Source: a virus. From it: a stretch of 64,000 nt of DNA. The stretch is from IMG/VR virus record IMGVR_UViG_3300045974_000166, positions 1 to 64,000 of that record. One strand, given 5' to 3'. Below, piece after piece: positions 44,760 to 54,164 of this stretch; within the stretch, counting starts at the first letter, position 1; each line of letters starts with the position of its first letter. The translations under genes and the position numbers were made by a program. The notes beneath the pieces were generated by a model that saw only the letters and a list, made by a program, of their open reading frames with translations, searched no databases and was not told the origin of the DNA.

Positions 44760-45086
44760 TTATTTGAATTCGACGAGGATGGCAGAGGAAGGGCGGATAT
44801 ACGTGTCGGCACGCCAATCGTAACTACCTTCACATTCAACGACTTCCTTGACGATGAAGGCCCGAGCGCATTTGCCGAACAGTTCAGCGGCAATATCGGA
44901 ACCCAATTTGCCGTCATTTTCAACAACGATACAGATCTTGGCACCAAGTAAACGGTCATAGTCAACAGTGCCGACATTACAACCGGCCTTCGAAACATAC
45001 TTCCGTACGACTTCCATTGTCTTTACGATTTGGTTGGCAACATCCAACGGTTCCAACTGTTTGACGATTTTACCCATGACTACCAT
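44760..45086 (-). CDS. hypothetical early protein
   Basis: First ORF after cassette. Confidence 0.55.
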   Translation of the reverse strand: MVVMGKIVKQLEPLDVANQIVKTMEVVRKYVSKAGCNVGTVDYDRLLGAKICIVVENDGKLGSDIAAELFGKCARAFIVKEVVECEGSYDWRADTYIRPSSAILVEFK

Positions 45087-45105
45087 CCTTTGTTTAAGAT
45101 GGTTT

Positions 45106-45137
45106 ATTATACTACAATTAGTATTATGTGTAAATTA
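45106..45137 (-). promoter_or_regulatory. early promoter cassette
   Basis: TAATTTACA-17-TATAAT-AAACCATCTT. Confidence 0.85.
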
Positions 45138-46463
45138 AAGAACGCTTAGATAACGCTCCATTGGATTTGTTTTGGTCAGTACAGTGTGTTCTATTGTACA
45201 CTGTCTAATCTTTTCCTCTAGCGATTCTACAGCATCGGTTGTGCATGAGTATAGAGGAATGTTGATAAAGCTCTTGCCGTGTTCGGCTATGGTCACTTTG
45301 GTCCGAATGACTTCAAGCAGTTGTTCTTTGTTCAGTTGACGGAAGTCAATCTTACGATCAACAACCATCTTGATGAACTTTGCCTTGTCGGTCATGAGAC
45401 TGATTTGAGCAAGTAGTTCAAACTTTTCGTATGCAATCTTTTCTTCGAACTTTTCCAACCGATGGTCACAGAAGTATGCAAGCAGATCAGCTGCAGAGTC
45501 AAACAGTTTCAGCTTACCATCTGTACCTAGAGTGGTGATGTTCTCTGTGTGCGACTTACGAAGTTTGAAGAACTTAATCGGGTCGGTATCAATCTTGTCA
45601 CGAGCAATAGCCGTAACTTTCACATCGAAGCAGAAACCTTCCTCTGAGCAATTGTCTTCGTAGTCCTTAATCTTTTCGGCATCAAGTAGATCATTAAGAA
45701 ACTCTACATACTTGGCACGGTCGTAACCAACTGGTAGTTCGGAGATTTTGTAAGTGAACTTACCCACATATTCAACAATACCTTCTGTATACCATGTAGC
45801 AGTATTCTCTGTGTCCTGTGTCACGGTTCCGCGGAAGTGTGGGAATGTGGGTGCAATTGCTTCCTGAGCTTTCAAGAACTTCTTGGGGTCCTTGAGATAC
45901 TTCTTGACAGCAACTGTGAGGTCCTTGATTGAACGAGGGAGAATGTTGCACGCGAAACCTACGGCAATACCTTGAGTACCATTCACTAACACCCATGGGA
46001 TAGTCGGCAAGTAATAAGCAGGCTCTGGATTCTCTGGGTCCGGAGATTTAGAAGTAACCTCTGTGTCAATAAAGTACTTTTTGAACTCTGGGCTCAAGGT
46101 GCAGAAAATGTAGCGAGAACCGGCAGCCTCTTGTACGAGACGTGAGCCAAAGTTGCCATGACCCGTGAAGATGGGACAGTTATTGTTCCAATCGGCCGTC
46201 AGCGTCACCACAGCACCCATGGCGGATTCTTCGCCGTGGTGATAGTTGTACTTGGCCAAACCACCACCCAGTTCTGCAACCTTGACCTTCTTATTTGAAT
46301 GCTCAGTAAGCATAGAATAGATCAACTTACGTGCAGCAGGTTTCACACCATCTATAGCGGATGGGATGGCACGATTTTCAACCGTATACATCGAATAGGC
46401 TTTGAAGCCCGAATCGATTTCATTTGAGATTGAGGATTCAATAATTTTCATGCGAGCATCCAA
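45135..46463 (-). CDS. 52: type II topoisomerase medium subunit gp52
   Basis: DGVKPAARK, YHHGE, GNFG, SRY catalytic Tyr. Confidence 0.95.
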   Translation of the reverse strand: MDARMKIIESSISNEIDSGFKAYSMYTVENRAIPSAIDGVKPAARKLIYSMLTEHSNKKVKVAELGGGLAKYNYHHGEESAMGAVVTLTADWNNNCPIFTGHGNFGSRLVQEAAGSRYIFCTLSPEFKKYFIDTEVTSKSPDPENPEPAYYLPTIPWVLVNGTQGIAVGFACNILPRSIKDLTVAVKKYLKDPKKFLKAQEAIAPTFPHFRGTVTQDTENTATWYTEGIVEYVGKFTYKISELPVGYDRAKYVEFLNDLLDAEKIKDYEDNCSEEGFCFDVKVTAIARDKIDTDPIKFFKLRKSHTENITTLGTDGKLKLFDSAADLLAYFCDHRLEKFEEKIAYEKFELLAQISLMTDKAKFIKMVVDRKIDFRQLNKEQLLEVIRTKVTIAEHGKSFINIPLYSCTTDAVESLEEKIRQCTIEHTVLTKTNPMERYLSVL

Positions 46464-48271
46464 TTTTTGCGGCCGTCGGCTGAATCACCAAATGCCATTT
46501 CCAATTTTTCAAAATCTGCAGCAGTGGCATTCACTTTGATGAATCGCGGGTTTTGCAGACATTGTTTGTAGACTTCCTTGGGCATAGAGCCCAAACCTTT
46601 AAAATAATCCACTGTATAACCTCTAACATTAGCAGCTTCATATTCGTCCTTTGAATAGAATGATTTCAAATCCTTACCCTTGGTACAATAGTACAAAGGT
46701 GCAGTACAACGATTGATGCGGCCTTCAGTAAACAACTCAGGCCAGTTCGAAAATAGATTCATGAGCAGAGCAAAGATGTGATCACCATCGGTATCAGAGT
46801 CGGTAAAGATAGCAATCTTACCATAATTAAGATCTGTAGCAGGTTTACCAAATGATAGACCAATGATAGAAAGTAACTCAGAGATTTCTTTGTTCTTGAT
46901 AATGTCGACCGGTTTCATACCGCGGACATTCATCACTTTACCCTTTAGAGGATAAGCTCCATCGGTCTTGGGATTCCGCACAGAGATATGGCAGCCGACG
47001 GCAGAGAGACCTTCTACGATATATAGAATTCTTTTCTCGGGATCAGAATCAGTTGCAGCAATATGATTCACCACACGGATTTTGGCCGTAGATTTTTGTT
47101 TCTTGGCAAGTTCACGAGCCTCGGCCTGTTCCTTTTTGAACAGTATAGCTTGAATCATTGGGTCAAGAATAGCCGGAGTATTTAGAATCTGCTTCGAAAT
47201 TTTATCGAAATCAATTCCACCCAAATGTGTAGCAACTTCTGAGGCAGTATTGGTGATACGTTCCTTCGTTTGTGAATCAAATTTCATATTCACAAAGCCG
47301 CGAAGAATGGACACAAAAGTCAAATGTTGCTTGATCTGATTTGGCAGCACATCAATTTTGTGCTTTTTCCGAATGTGTTCCTTCAGAGTAACTACGATCT
47401 GATCAAGTACATAGTTTACATGTGAGCCGCCGTTCTTAATCCACAGTCCGTTAACATATGAATGAAGCCGAAACTCTTCTTGTTCGCCAGAAGGACCAAA
47501 AATTAGAACATTCTTTTCGTCTTGTGAAATTACAAATTCCGTGCAATACTTTGAAGCATATTCCTTGGCATTCTTGATCTTGATCTTTTCAGAATTGAAT
47601 GTGAATGTAATCGAAGGATAGCATGCTGCCAAATTTTCAATACGGTCCTTGATGAAATTAATGTGATCGTCTGAAATCACAAGGATACCAAACGCAGATA
47701 GGTCTGGTACAAATGATACCTTAGTAAATTGTTTGGTTGATGCTTTTACGTTAATTGACTTTACCTTGGCATGATCAGCTGTGACCATTTTGAGGTAATT
47801 CTTACCGTCGGAAGTTTCACCAATAAATTCAGATGAAAATACAGCAGTAGCAAAAGAACCGACACCGTTGGCACCAATGGTTTCACGGTCGTCTGAGAAG
47901 TTAGAACCGGCACGAGCTCTAGTCCATGCTAGCACAGGTTGGTAATTTTCACCGTGCTTTACTACAGGGATACCACGGCCGTTATCCTCAACTGTAATTC
48001 GCCATGTGTCATTCTCAAGACCATTTTCTTGTTTGACAAAGTCGATATGAATCTTATTGGCAAATTTAAAATCGGTCCGAATGGCTTCATCAATTGAGTT
48101 ATCAATGATCTCAGAGATGATCTTGAGCAGCCCAGGAATTACTTTGAGTGTTTGATGCTCACCGAAGAACATACCAGATACTTCTTCGGTTGCAACTGAA
48201 CCAATGTACATTGCTGGCCGAATACGCATATGCTGCGCATCGGTCAGTTCTTTAAATTCTTCTTTTTTCAT
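46448..48271 (-). CDS. 39: type II topoisomerase large subunit (gp39+gp60 in one ORF)
   Basis: EIIDNSIDE, DNGRGIP, GANGVG, VEGLSA, DSDTDG. Confidence 0.95.
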   Translation of the reverse strand: MKKEEFKELTDAQHMRIRPAMYIGSVATEEVSGMFFGEHQTLKVIPGLLKIISEIIDNSIDEAIRTDFKFANKIHIDFVKQENGLENDTWRITVEDNGRGIPVVKHGENYQPVLAWTRARAGSNFSDDRETIGANGVGSFATAVFSSEFIGETSDGKNYLKMVTADHAKVKSINVKASTKQFTKVSFVPDLSAFGILVISDDHINFIKDRIENLAACYPSITFTFNSEKIKIKNAKEYASKYCTEFVISQDEKNVLIFGPSGEQEEFRLHSYVNGLWIKNGGSHVNYVLDQIVVTLKEHIRKKHKIDVLPNQIKQHLTFVSILRGFVNMKFDSQTKERITNTASEVATHLGGIDFDKISKQILNTPAILDPMIQAILFKKEQAEARELAKKQKSTAKIRVVNHIAATDSDPEKRILYIVEGLSAVGCHISVRNPKTDGAYPLKGKVMNVRGMKPVDIIKNKEISELLSIIGLSFGKPATDLNYGKIAIFTDSDTDGDHIFALLMNLFSNWPELFTEGRINRCTAPLYYCTKGKDLKSFYSKDEYEAANVRGYTVDYFKGLGSMPKEVYKQCLQNPRFIKVNATAADFEKLEMAFGDSADGRKNWMLA

Positions 48272-48277
48272 TTAACA

Positions 48278-48309
48278 ATTATACCATACAAAAGATTAAA
48301 TGTAAATTA
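48278..48309 (-). promoter_or_regulatory. early promoter cassette (leaderless type)
   Basis: TAATTTACA-17-TATAAT-N6-ATG of topoisomerase. Confidence 0.8.
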
Positions 48310-48393
48310 ATCTGTTAAAAAGTAATGCGCGACATAATCTACCGAAAGTAATACAAGTAGTGCCGCGGCAAGAAATACTAAAAAGTTGATCAT
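48307..48393 (-). CDS. 28-aa single-TM peptide (not in ORF track)
   Basis: MINFLVFLAAALLVLLSVDYVAHYFLTD; ATGA-coupled, stop in cassette. Confidence 0.5.
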   Translation of the reverse strand: MINFLVFLAAALLVLLSVDYVAHYFLTD

Positions 48394-49520
48394 GAGTATT
48401 CCTTATGAAATCCAACAAAGTTCTTTAGTTCTTTCACATTCGCTTGGTTATTTGCCATGCGCTTAGCATATTCCAACAGAGCATCACGAATGTCGAAAGT
48501 TGGGTTTTCAAACAGTTTGAACATGAACATCTTGGTGTCACGGGAAAGAACCTTCAGAGCAAATTCTTTCCTATCTTTGATACAAGCCAGATCTTCAAAT
48601 TCCCAACGAATGCAATTGACTTTTGCATCAATTGCTTCCATCAACCCCTGAGCATAGTTCTTGATGAACTCGGCGCGGTCTGGCGCCAGCAAAGGTATTA
48701 CATCGTCGATCAATCCAGTCACGATTAGTTTCACACAGTCATGATCCCACTTAAGAGAATCCACGGCGTGGTGACGGTCACAGTATTGCTCTGACTTCAT
48801 TTTAACCATTCGGCCATCTGCAAAAGAAATAACAACACCTTCATCATCAACCAGTTCAGTGACTGACTTACGAAACTCATTAAAGCTTGCAGAATCAATT
48901 GACTTGATCTGCTTCACCAATGGGATTGCATATGACGCACATAGAGATTCACATTTTTCTCGGCTCATCATTTCGCCGGTTGAAATGAAGCGAACACCAG
49001 TAAGAACTAACATGTCTTCTGGATAGTCGATAACTACTCGGTTTTTACGCGAGCAGAATTCAAAAATAGGTGTTGCCCAATAATCTTTGCGAAGAGCTTC
49101 GATGAGGTATTTATATGCCCAATTGTCTTCTATAAGATCGGTGGCCATTTTAGAAATGTCAGTTACACCAGCACGGGTACCAAGAACAAAACTTTGGCGC
49201 TCATAGATCGGGAAGATGCAAGATCCATCCATCTTCTGAGTAATCAAATGTGGCTTGGAAAAATCCAACGCGGCATCGGACTCTGGGAATTCTCCATAGT
49301 TGAAGAACTTTGGAAAACCAAGACGACAAATCCCACCCGAAGCATTATCGAAAGCAGTACCACGGAGGTTAAGCAAAATACTAGTTTCTGCTTCGTCTTT
49401 TCCAACGAATGTAGTCTTGGTGTTTAGATTGTAGTCGATGACGGTATAAGTTCCCTTGTCTTTCACAGAGAACTCAGGCTTGTCTTTTATGGCCTCAAGG
49501 GCGTCGGTCAGAGTGAACAT
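48390..49520 (-). CDS. rnlA: RNA ligase 1 (T4 Rnl1/RnlA family)
   Basis: FPKFFN, QKMDGS (KxDG), TPIFEF, EGVV, VKMK. Confidence 0.9.
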   Translation of the reverse strand: MFTLTDALEAIKDKPEFSVKDKGTYTVIDYNLNTKTTFVGKDEAETSILLNLRGTAFDNASGGICRLGFPKFFNYGEFPESDAALDFSKPHLITQKMDGSCIFPIYERQSFVLGTRAGVTDISKMATDLIEDNWAYKYLIEALRKDYWATPIFEFCSRKNRVVIDYPEDMLVLTGVRFISTGEMMSREKCESLCASYAIPLVKQIKSIDSASFNEFRKSVTELVDDEGVVISFADGRMVKMKSEQYCDRHHAVDSLKWDHDCVKLIVTGLIDDVIPLLAPDRAEFIKNYAQGLMEAIDAKVNCIRWEFEDLACIKDRKEFALKVLSRDTKMFMFKLFENPTFDIRDALLEYAKRMANNQANVKELKNFVGFHKEYS

Positions 49521-49522
49521 AA

Positions 49523-49777
49523 TTAATACCCAGAATTCATTATTTCGGTAAACACTTTGTAATCAATACAGACTCCATCATGGGTCTGTAAATATTCCAT
49601 ATTTGATCCACAATTCCCGGTGCCCGGGGTGACCATTTTTGAATTCACAACGAAGGGCCGTACCACATTGGAAAACGCGGTACACTTATTGTAATTGATC
49701 GTTGCGACAAACATGACGGAAAGAAATTCATCAAGCACTTTGACCTGGAATGAATTAGAAGATGTAAGATTGATCAT
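49523..49777 (-). CDS. hypothetical protein, probably leaderless
   Basis: ATG 49777 is 6 nt after TATAAT. Confidence 0.55.
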   Translation of the reverse strand: MINLTSSNSFQVKVLDEFLSVMFVATINYNKCTAFSNVVRPFVVNSKMVTPGTGNCGSNMEYLQTHDGVCIDYKVFTEIMNSGY

Positions 49778-49783
49778 GTGGTA

Positions 49784-49815
49784 ATTATACCACACGAGCA
49801 ATTATGTGTACATTA
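49784..49815 (-). promoter_or_regulatory. early promoter cassette (leaderless type)
   Basis: TAATGTACA-17-TATAAT-N6-ATG. Confidence 0.8.
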
Positions 49816-50118
49816 ATGTACGGCACCAAAGCAGTGCCAAGTTTCGTGTCCTAGAATTTCAAGTGGGAATTTGTCATCAAATGAAGTTGGCTCAGCCATG
49901 TAGATTTCACAGATGTTGCTGTTTGGTTTTGACCGAGCACACCCATTGAATTCAGCATTTGGTAATCCAAGTTGGTGGCAGGTTTCACCAACTTCTTGCT
50001 TCTTTAACCAGTGCATTTCAATAGTCGCCGTATTCCACTTAGAAGAAGTAGTTGGTTGTGGTACAGTCGAACAACCTACTAATGCGGCAACAAGTGCCGC
50101 AGCCAGAATAGTTTTCAT
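49813..50118 (-). CDS. putative lipoprotein with HExxH motif
   Basis: Lipobox LVGC; GHETWHC. Confidence 0.7.
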   Translation of the reverse strand: MKTILAAALVAALVGCSTVPQPTTSSKWNTATIEMHWLKKQEVGETCHQLGLPNAEFNGCARSKPNSNICEIYMAEPTSFDDKFPLEILGHETWHCFGAVH

Positions 50119-50198
50119 TTGGTGAAAAGTTCAGACACTAGAACAACTACAACCATAGTAGCTACAGAGAGAATGAGGGCTGTGAAGATAAGTTCCAT
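50115..50198 (-). CDS. 27-aa single-TM peptide (not in ORF track)
   Basis: MELIFTALILSVATMVVVVLVSELFTK after cassette SD. Confidence 0.55.
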   Translation of the reverse strand: MELIFTALILSVATMVVVVLVSELFTK

Positions 50199-50229
50199 GA
50201 TTTTTCCTTTGAGTTTAAGAAGATGGTTT

Positions 50230-50261
50230 ATTATACCACACTAGCAATTATGTGTAAATTA
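50230..50261 (-). promoter_or_regulatory. early promoter cassette
   Basis: TAATTTACA-17-TATAAT-AAACCATCTTC. Confidence 0.85.
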
Positions 50262-50483
50262 CTCGTTCACCTGAATAATATGGTTTGACACACCAAGATA
50301 AGTTATCGTTTTCCCGGCAAATGCTGCTTGTTGTGCTAATCCAGCACGAGCAGATGTACCATTAAGAGCAATAACTGTGACATTCCATGGATCACTAAAC
50401 CCATCTATTTTCACAGCGTAGTGAAAAGCCTTAGGTTGGATTTGGCCATTTGACGGAGGCAAGTCCATTGGTTCGTTCGACAT
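50259..50483 (-). CDS. hypothetical protein
   Basis: SD AAGGA; start re-set. Confidence 0.5.
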   Translation of the reverse strand: MSNEPMDLPPSNGQIQPKAFHYAVKIDGFSDPWNVTVIALNGTSARAGLAQQAAFAGKTITYLGVSNHIIQVNE

Positions 50484-50682
50484 AAAGTTTTCCTTTTTGG
50501 CCGCAGGCGGCAAACCATTTAATCTTTCGTTCATCAACAGCCGATGAACCTTTGCTCTTAACCGAAGTTAGAGCCCATTCGTCTTTGCAATTTACCTTGG
50601 GGTGATGGCAACGAAGATTCCATTCAGAGTTTATTTCTGGTTCAGACCAGGCACAGTTACGACAAAATTTTGGAAATTTCAT
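50431..50682 (-). CDS. hypothetical Cys-rich protein
   Basis: KFCRNC..CHHP..ACG.KGKLY. Confidence 0.55.
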   Translation of the reverse strand: MKFPKFCRNCAWSEPEINSEWNLRCHHPKVNCKDEWALTSVKSKGSSAVDERKIKWFAACGQKGKLYVERTNGLASVKWPNPT

Positions 50683-51080
50683 TCTAAATATTCCTTAGGT
50701 GGACGATCGTCACCCTCGGTGAATGTCTTTGAGTACAACGTGAGCATTCTCAAATTGCACATAGCATGTGCCAAATGTGGCAGTCCTGATTCTTCATCGT
50801 TTTCTTCGCCAGCTTGCCAACGTGCAAGATGTCTAAGAGCACATTCATATGGAATAGACCAGGACATACCCTTGGCCCAATTCCAAGACTTATATTTCTT
50901 TTCTCCATATTCCCAGACGCGGGCCTCGTCATATAGAGTAACCATTGGGATCAATGAAAGTTTTGGCTTCCCATTGTTGTATCGAGCACCAGTACCTTTG
51001 GCATCAGAATCAATATTGCCAACGCCCTCAGTTGTAGTAAGAGGATGAAATGTTAACATTTCGTGTGTATCTTCCATCAT
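50679..51080 (-). CDS. dATP/dGTP diphosphohydrolase-like protein (DUF5664 type)
   Basis: GARYNNGKPKLSLIP, YGEKKY..WNWAKG, ESGLPHLAHA. Confidence 0.85.
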   Translation of the reverse strand: MMEDTHEMLTFHPLTTTEGVGNIDSDAKGTGARYNNGKPKLSLIPMVTLYDEARVWEYGEKKYKSWNWAKGMSWSIPYECALRHLARWQAGEENDEESGLPHLAHAMCNLRMLTLYSKTFTEGDDRPPKEYLE

Positions 51081-51253
51081 TTCTTTTTGTCTTCCTTGAC
51101 TGGCTTCATTTCAGATTGAAGTTGAGCCTGAATCATGTTCTGACGAAATGCGGCACGAGCAGCATCATCAGTAATGGTCGAAAGAATATACTTCGTCGTT
51201 GAAGACAACTTGAAGTGTTTGTTTGGCTTGTTTAGACCTTCATAATTTTTCAT
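51077..51253 (-). CDS. small basic hypothetical protein (not in ORF track)
   Basis: 58 aa, SD AAGGA, ATGA-coupled. Confidence 0.6.
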   Translation of the reverse strand: MKNYEGLNKPNKHFKLSSTTKYILSTITDDAARAAFRQNMIQAQLQSEMKPVKEDKKK

Positions 51254-51262
51254 AATGTTTCC

Positions 51263-51436
51263 TTACTTAATAAATCGTTCGTATTCAATCATCTCATTCT
51301 CATCATCGAGTCCATACTCAAATGTTTTGTCTTCTTTTGTTTTTGTCTTCAGTACTTTAGCAGTGGCCTTCTTTTTGCGCTCAATATGGGATCCATTTTC
51401 AAATTCTGAATCTTTAGGCCGAAACGTGTTCTTCAT
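51263..51436 (-). CDS. small charged hypothetical protein (not in ORF track)
   Basis: 57-aa ORF between gene 59 and the previous ORF. Confidence 0.45.
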   Translation of the reverse strand: MKNTFRPKDSEFENGSHIERKKKATAKVLKTKTKEDKTFEYGLDDENEMIEYERFIK

Positions 51437-51977
51437 GGTTCTTTATTTTTAGATAGTTGATGGGAGAGAAAAAACTTTTATATTTGATCAACTTCAACAA
51501 TTTAGGCCGAGCAAATGAGAATTGGATAGAATCAAGAATCTTTTCAAGGTTATTGGTTTCGTAGTCCAGCAATAATACAAACTCTGGAGAATAAACTGAA
51601 GCCAAGTAGTTGAAAATCAATTGGTGGAATTTAAACTCACCTTTTTCCATGTACCGATTATATTCTTCTGAGAGTACATAAGAAATAGATTCACGGCGCT
51701 TCTTGTATGCAAAATAATTGTCAAGGATTTCTTGTTTGTTTCCAAACTTCATATCCAAATCTTTTAGTTCGTTTCCAATGCAAGCGTATACAATGTTCTG
51801 AGTAGTCTGAAAATTATTCGACACCCAATCGTATTTATACTTTATACCACCTGGCAGCCTATCAAAAGCCTTCAAAGCTGTAGTAGTTTGAGTACCATAT
51901 TTCAGAATGGAATACTTTTCATTCATAAAATGAAGATGCATTCCATAGTAATAGGAAAATGCTTTTCTTGGATTCAT
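51414..51977 (-). CDS. 59: helicase loader gp59
   Basis: YYYGMHLHF..KYSILKYG...KLIKYKSF; T4 33-59 synteny. Confidence 0.8.
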   Translation of the reverse strand: MNPRKAFSYYYGMHLHFMNEKYSILKYGTQTTTALKAFDRLPGGIKYKYDWVSNNFQTTQNIVYACIGNELKDLDMKFGNKQEILDNYFAYKKRRESISYVLSEEYNRYMEKGEFKFHQLIFNYLASVYSPEFVLLLDYETNNLEKILDSIQFSFARPKLLKLIKYKSFFSPINYLKIKNHEEHVSA

Positions 51978-52234
51978 CAGAAACCTTCGAGTGTAGCCTC
52001 ATCGGAACGTATCAGTTCATTTTCAATTGCTGAACGCTTTACCTTTTCAAGCAGAACGTCTGACATATAGGGAATAAGCATCAGTGGTTCCTTGTCTGAT
52101 TCTTCTGAGAACTTTAAAATAGCCTCAAAATAAGTCAGCCCGGGTGATTCCAAGAGCATGCTTTCAATATACTCGGCAAAATTAGTCTTAGACAAAAACA
52201 CAGTCTTGTCGATAGAATAATCGAATTCTTTCAT
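51977..52234 (-). CDS. 33: late-promoter co-activator gp33
   Basis: F...IES.L...YFEAIL.F.EE.D....L.EKVK..A.E.ELIR; synteny. Confidence 0.8.
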   Translation of the reverse strand: MKEFDYSIDKTVFLSKTNFAEYIESMLLESPGLTYFEAILKFSEESDKEPLMLIPYMSDVLLEKVKRSAIENELIRSDEATLEGF

Positions 52235-52404
52235 TTGAATTTCACCGAGTCTTTGAGAAATTTGGCCACACGATTGTCATTCACAATCGCAGTTACATAT
52301 TTTTTGTCGTAAATCATTTCTTCTGATCCAACAATTACCTTTACATTTGAATAAACATCCGGCACAGTAGCTGAGCGGTATTGGTATTTAATCGTAGTAG
52401 CCAT
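52231..52404 (-). CDS. hypothetical protein
   Basis: Start re-set to ATG 52404. Confidence 0.5.
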   Translation of the reverse strand: MATTIKYQYRSATVPDVYSNVKVIVGSEEMIYDKKYVTAIVNDNRVAKFLKDSVKFK

Positions 52405-52405
52405 T

Positions 52406-52825
52406 TTAGCGAGCCTCTTCAAGATAATTAAGAACAGAAAGTTGTTTGCGGCACCAGTTGTATTTGGTGTCCAATTCCTTATAGATTTGCCAACCGATGT
52501 GGTCATCTTCATCCATATAGAATTTTGTTGAAACCGTTTCATCATTCAGGAAATAATCCAGGTACGTGCGATACGCAATCATGCAATCATACATATCCTT
52601 GCCGTCTAATCCCTTCAGATTATCTTCGGTATACACACAGTTTGCCGCCCAAGTATCATGGTAATTAGTACCTTCAACCGTGAGCACACATTCCATCTTT
52701 TCAGAAATACCATCAAAGAACCGCTTATGGAGTTCATATGCTACCATAATGAAATCCGAAGAACTTTCGATGACGGAATTATCAATCACTTCTTTAGTAA
52801 TTGACTTAATTTCTTTCATATTCAT
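52406..52825 (-). CDS. hypothetical protein
   Basis: Coupled ORF. Confidence 0.55.
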   Translation of the reverse strand: MNMKEIKSITKEVIDNSVIESSSDFIMVAYELHKRFFDGISEKMECVLTVEGTNYHDTWAANCVYTEDNLKGLDGKDMYDCMIAYRTYLDYFLNDETVSTKFYMDEDDHIGWQIYKELDTKYNWCRKQLSVLNYLEEAR

Positions 52826-53235
52826 TGAATACCTACCATCATTTTGTGAGTAATATGCGGATACAAAGTTGTCAGATTCTTTTTCAGAATTGCCTCCAAC
52901 ACTTTGGCCTCAGGTTCAGACAAAAGTTCCAAGAGATTCTTGGTGTGAAAGAACTTTGTCTTTTTCACAATTTTCGGATTGAATAAAATTTCAGTAAGAA
53001 TATTCATTGTGCTCTTTGAGAGCAAATATGCTCCACAAAGAGACCGATGGAAGTCTGAAAATTTGTATTTCAGATCATCAAGATCAAAATCAATCCATTC
53101 TTCGTCACATGCACGATGAATATAGAACCTAACAAGTGGGCTTCGGGCACACACATCTTTTAGGGCGTCTTCGACATTAGACGCGTTAGACACGTTTGTC
53201 AAAATTTCGTCAAGTTGAAAATCAGCTACTCTCAA
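52822..53235 (-). CDS. conserved T4-like hypothetical protein downstream of rnh
   Basis: LLELLSEPEAKVL..I.KK.L..LYP.IT pattern. Confidence 0.6.
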   Translation of the reverse strand: MRVADFQLDEILTNVSNASNVEDALKDVCARSPLVRFYIHRACDEEWIDFDLDDLKYKFSDFHRSLCGAYLLSKSTMNILTEILFNPKIVKKTKFFHTKNLLELLSEPEAKVLEAILKKNLTTLYPHITHKMMVGIQ

Positions 53236-54164
53236 AAGAAATCTCCTATTTTAGAATACAACACATTCATTTTATGGTTCACAAAGAAATTCATCAATTT
53301 CATTTTATCAACTTTGTGACCCTTCTGTTCATTATAACACTCAATTGTATTGGTGTAAATTATTTCTGGTGTATGTTCGTAAGACACAAGCATTTCATTC
53401 CGAGAATAGTTTCGACGTTCTTCTTCGGTGGCACAGGCATCAATAGGATTCTTGGCAGCATAGAATGTTGCCAAATACTTCTCGGAGATCGGTGGCGCAC
53501 GTTTCTTATCGGTCAGTGTGAACCAATCGTCTGAACATTTGATACTGGGGACACCGTCTCCCGCGTCACCTCGCACGATTTTCTCTATGAGAGCATCTTT
53601 TGGCTTGCCTTCTGGCTTCACCAATTTCTTTGTCAGAGGACTCCACTGCTTCACATTCTTATATCGATGGAGTTGAAAGTGATCCTTATCAGAAGAAACA
53701 ATAAGAATTTGATCGGCTTCAATGTCACCAAAAATATTTTCTTCTTGATCTTCTCGGTTCAAGTCCTTATACTTACACAGAGCACCAATAATATCGTCTG
53801 CTTCTGCTTTTTCGGTAGCAAGAACATTGTAAGGAAAATAGTCGCGAAGTGCTTGTTGAATGTACGCCGAAGTCTCGAACACAAATGTCCAGTCAATTCC
53901 GGAAGTATCGGTTTCGCGCTTTTGTTTGCGGGCCCATTTGTAATATGGGAAAGCATCCTTGCGCCAGGACGGTGAGTCAAATGCAATCACCACCTCAGAA
54001 CCGTATTTGCTTTTGTGCATTACTTGTTGAGCACGGATGGTATTTAGAACCATGTGCATCATCATATCACGAGATTCATCCGATGGATTTTGAGCACAAG
54101 ACTTTGCAGCTGCATCCAAAAAGATTGGTGCTAGATACACCTGAGAAAAGTCAATTAAAAGCAT
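53232..54164 (-). CDS. rnh: RNase H / 5'-3' exonuclease
   Basis: LLIDFSQ, WRK..FPYYK, EADDIIG, SSDKD..QL, GDAGDG; start re-set. Confidence 0.95.
   Translation of the reverse strand: MLLIDFSQVYLAPIFLDAAAKSCAQNPSDESRDMMMHMVLNTIRAQQVMHKSKYGSEVVIAFDSPSWRKDAFPYYKWARKQKRETDTSGIDWTFVFETSAYIQQALRDYFPYNVLATEKAEADDIIGALCKYKDLNREDQEENIFGDIEADQILIVSSDKDHFQLHRYKNVKQWSPLTKKLVKPEGKPKDALIEKIVRGDAGDGVPSIKCSDDWFTLTDKKRAPPISEKYLATFYAAKNPIDACATEEERRNYSRNEMLVSYEHTPEIIYTNTIECYNEQKGHKVDKMKLMNFFVNHKMNVLYSKIGDFF

Noticed and set aside
19243-48271. Introns, inteins or homing endonucleases in terminase, ligase, thyX or topoisomerase
   Set aside because: ORFs are uninterrupted and of normal length, with no intein or HNH/GIY-YIG motifs seen
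52406-52825. dsbA assignment by position between rnh and 33
   Set aside because: The sequence does not resemble T4 DsbA as I recall it; left as hypothetical
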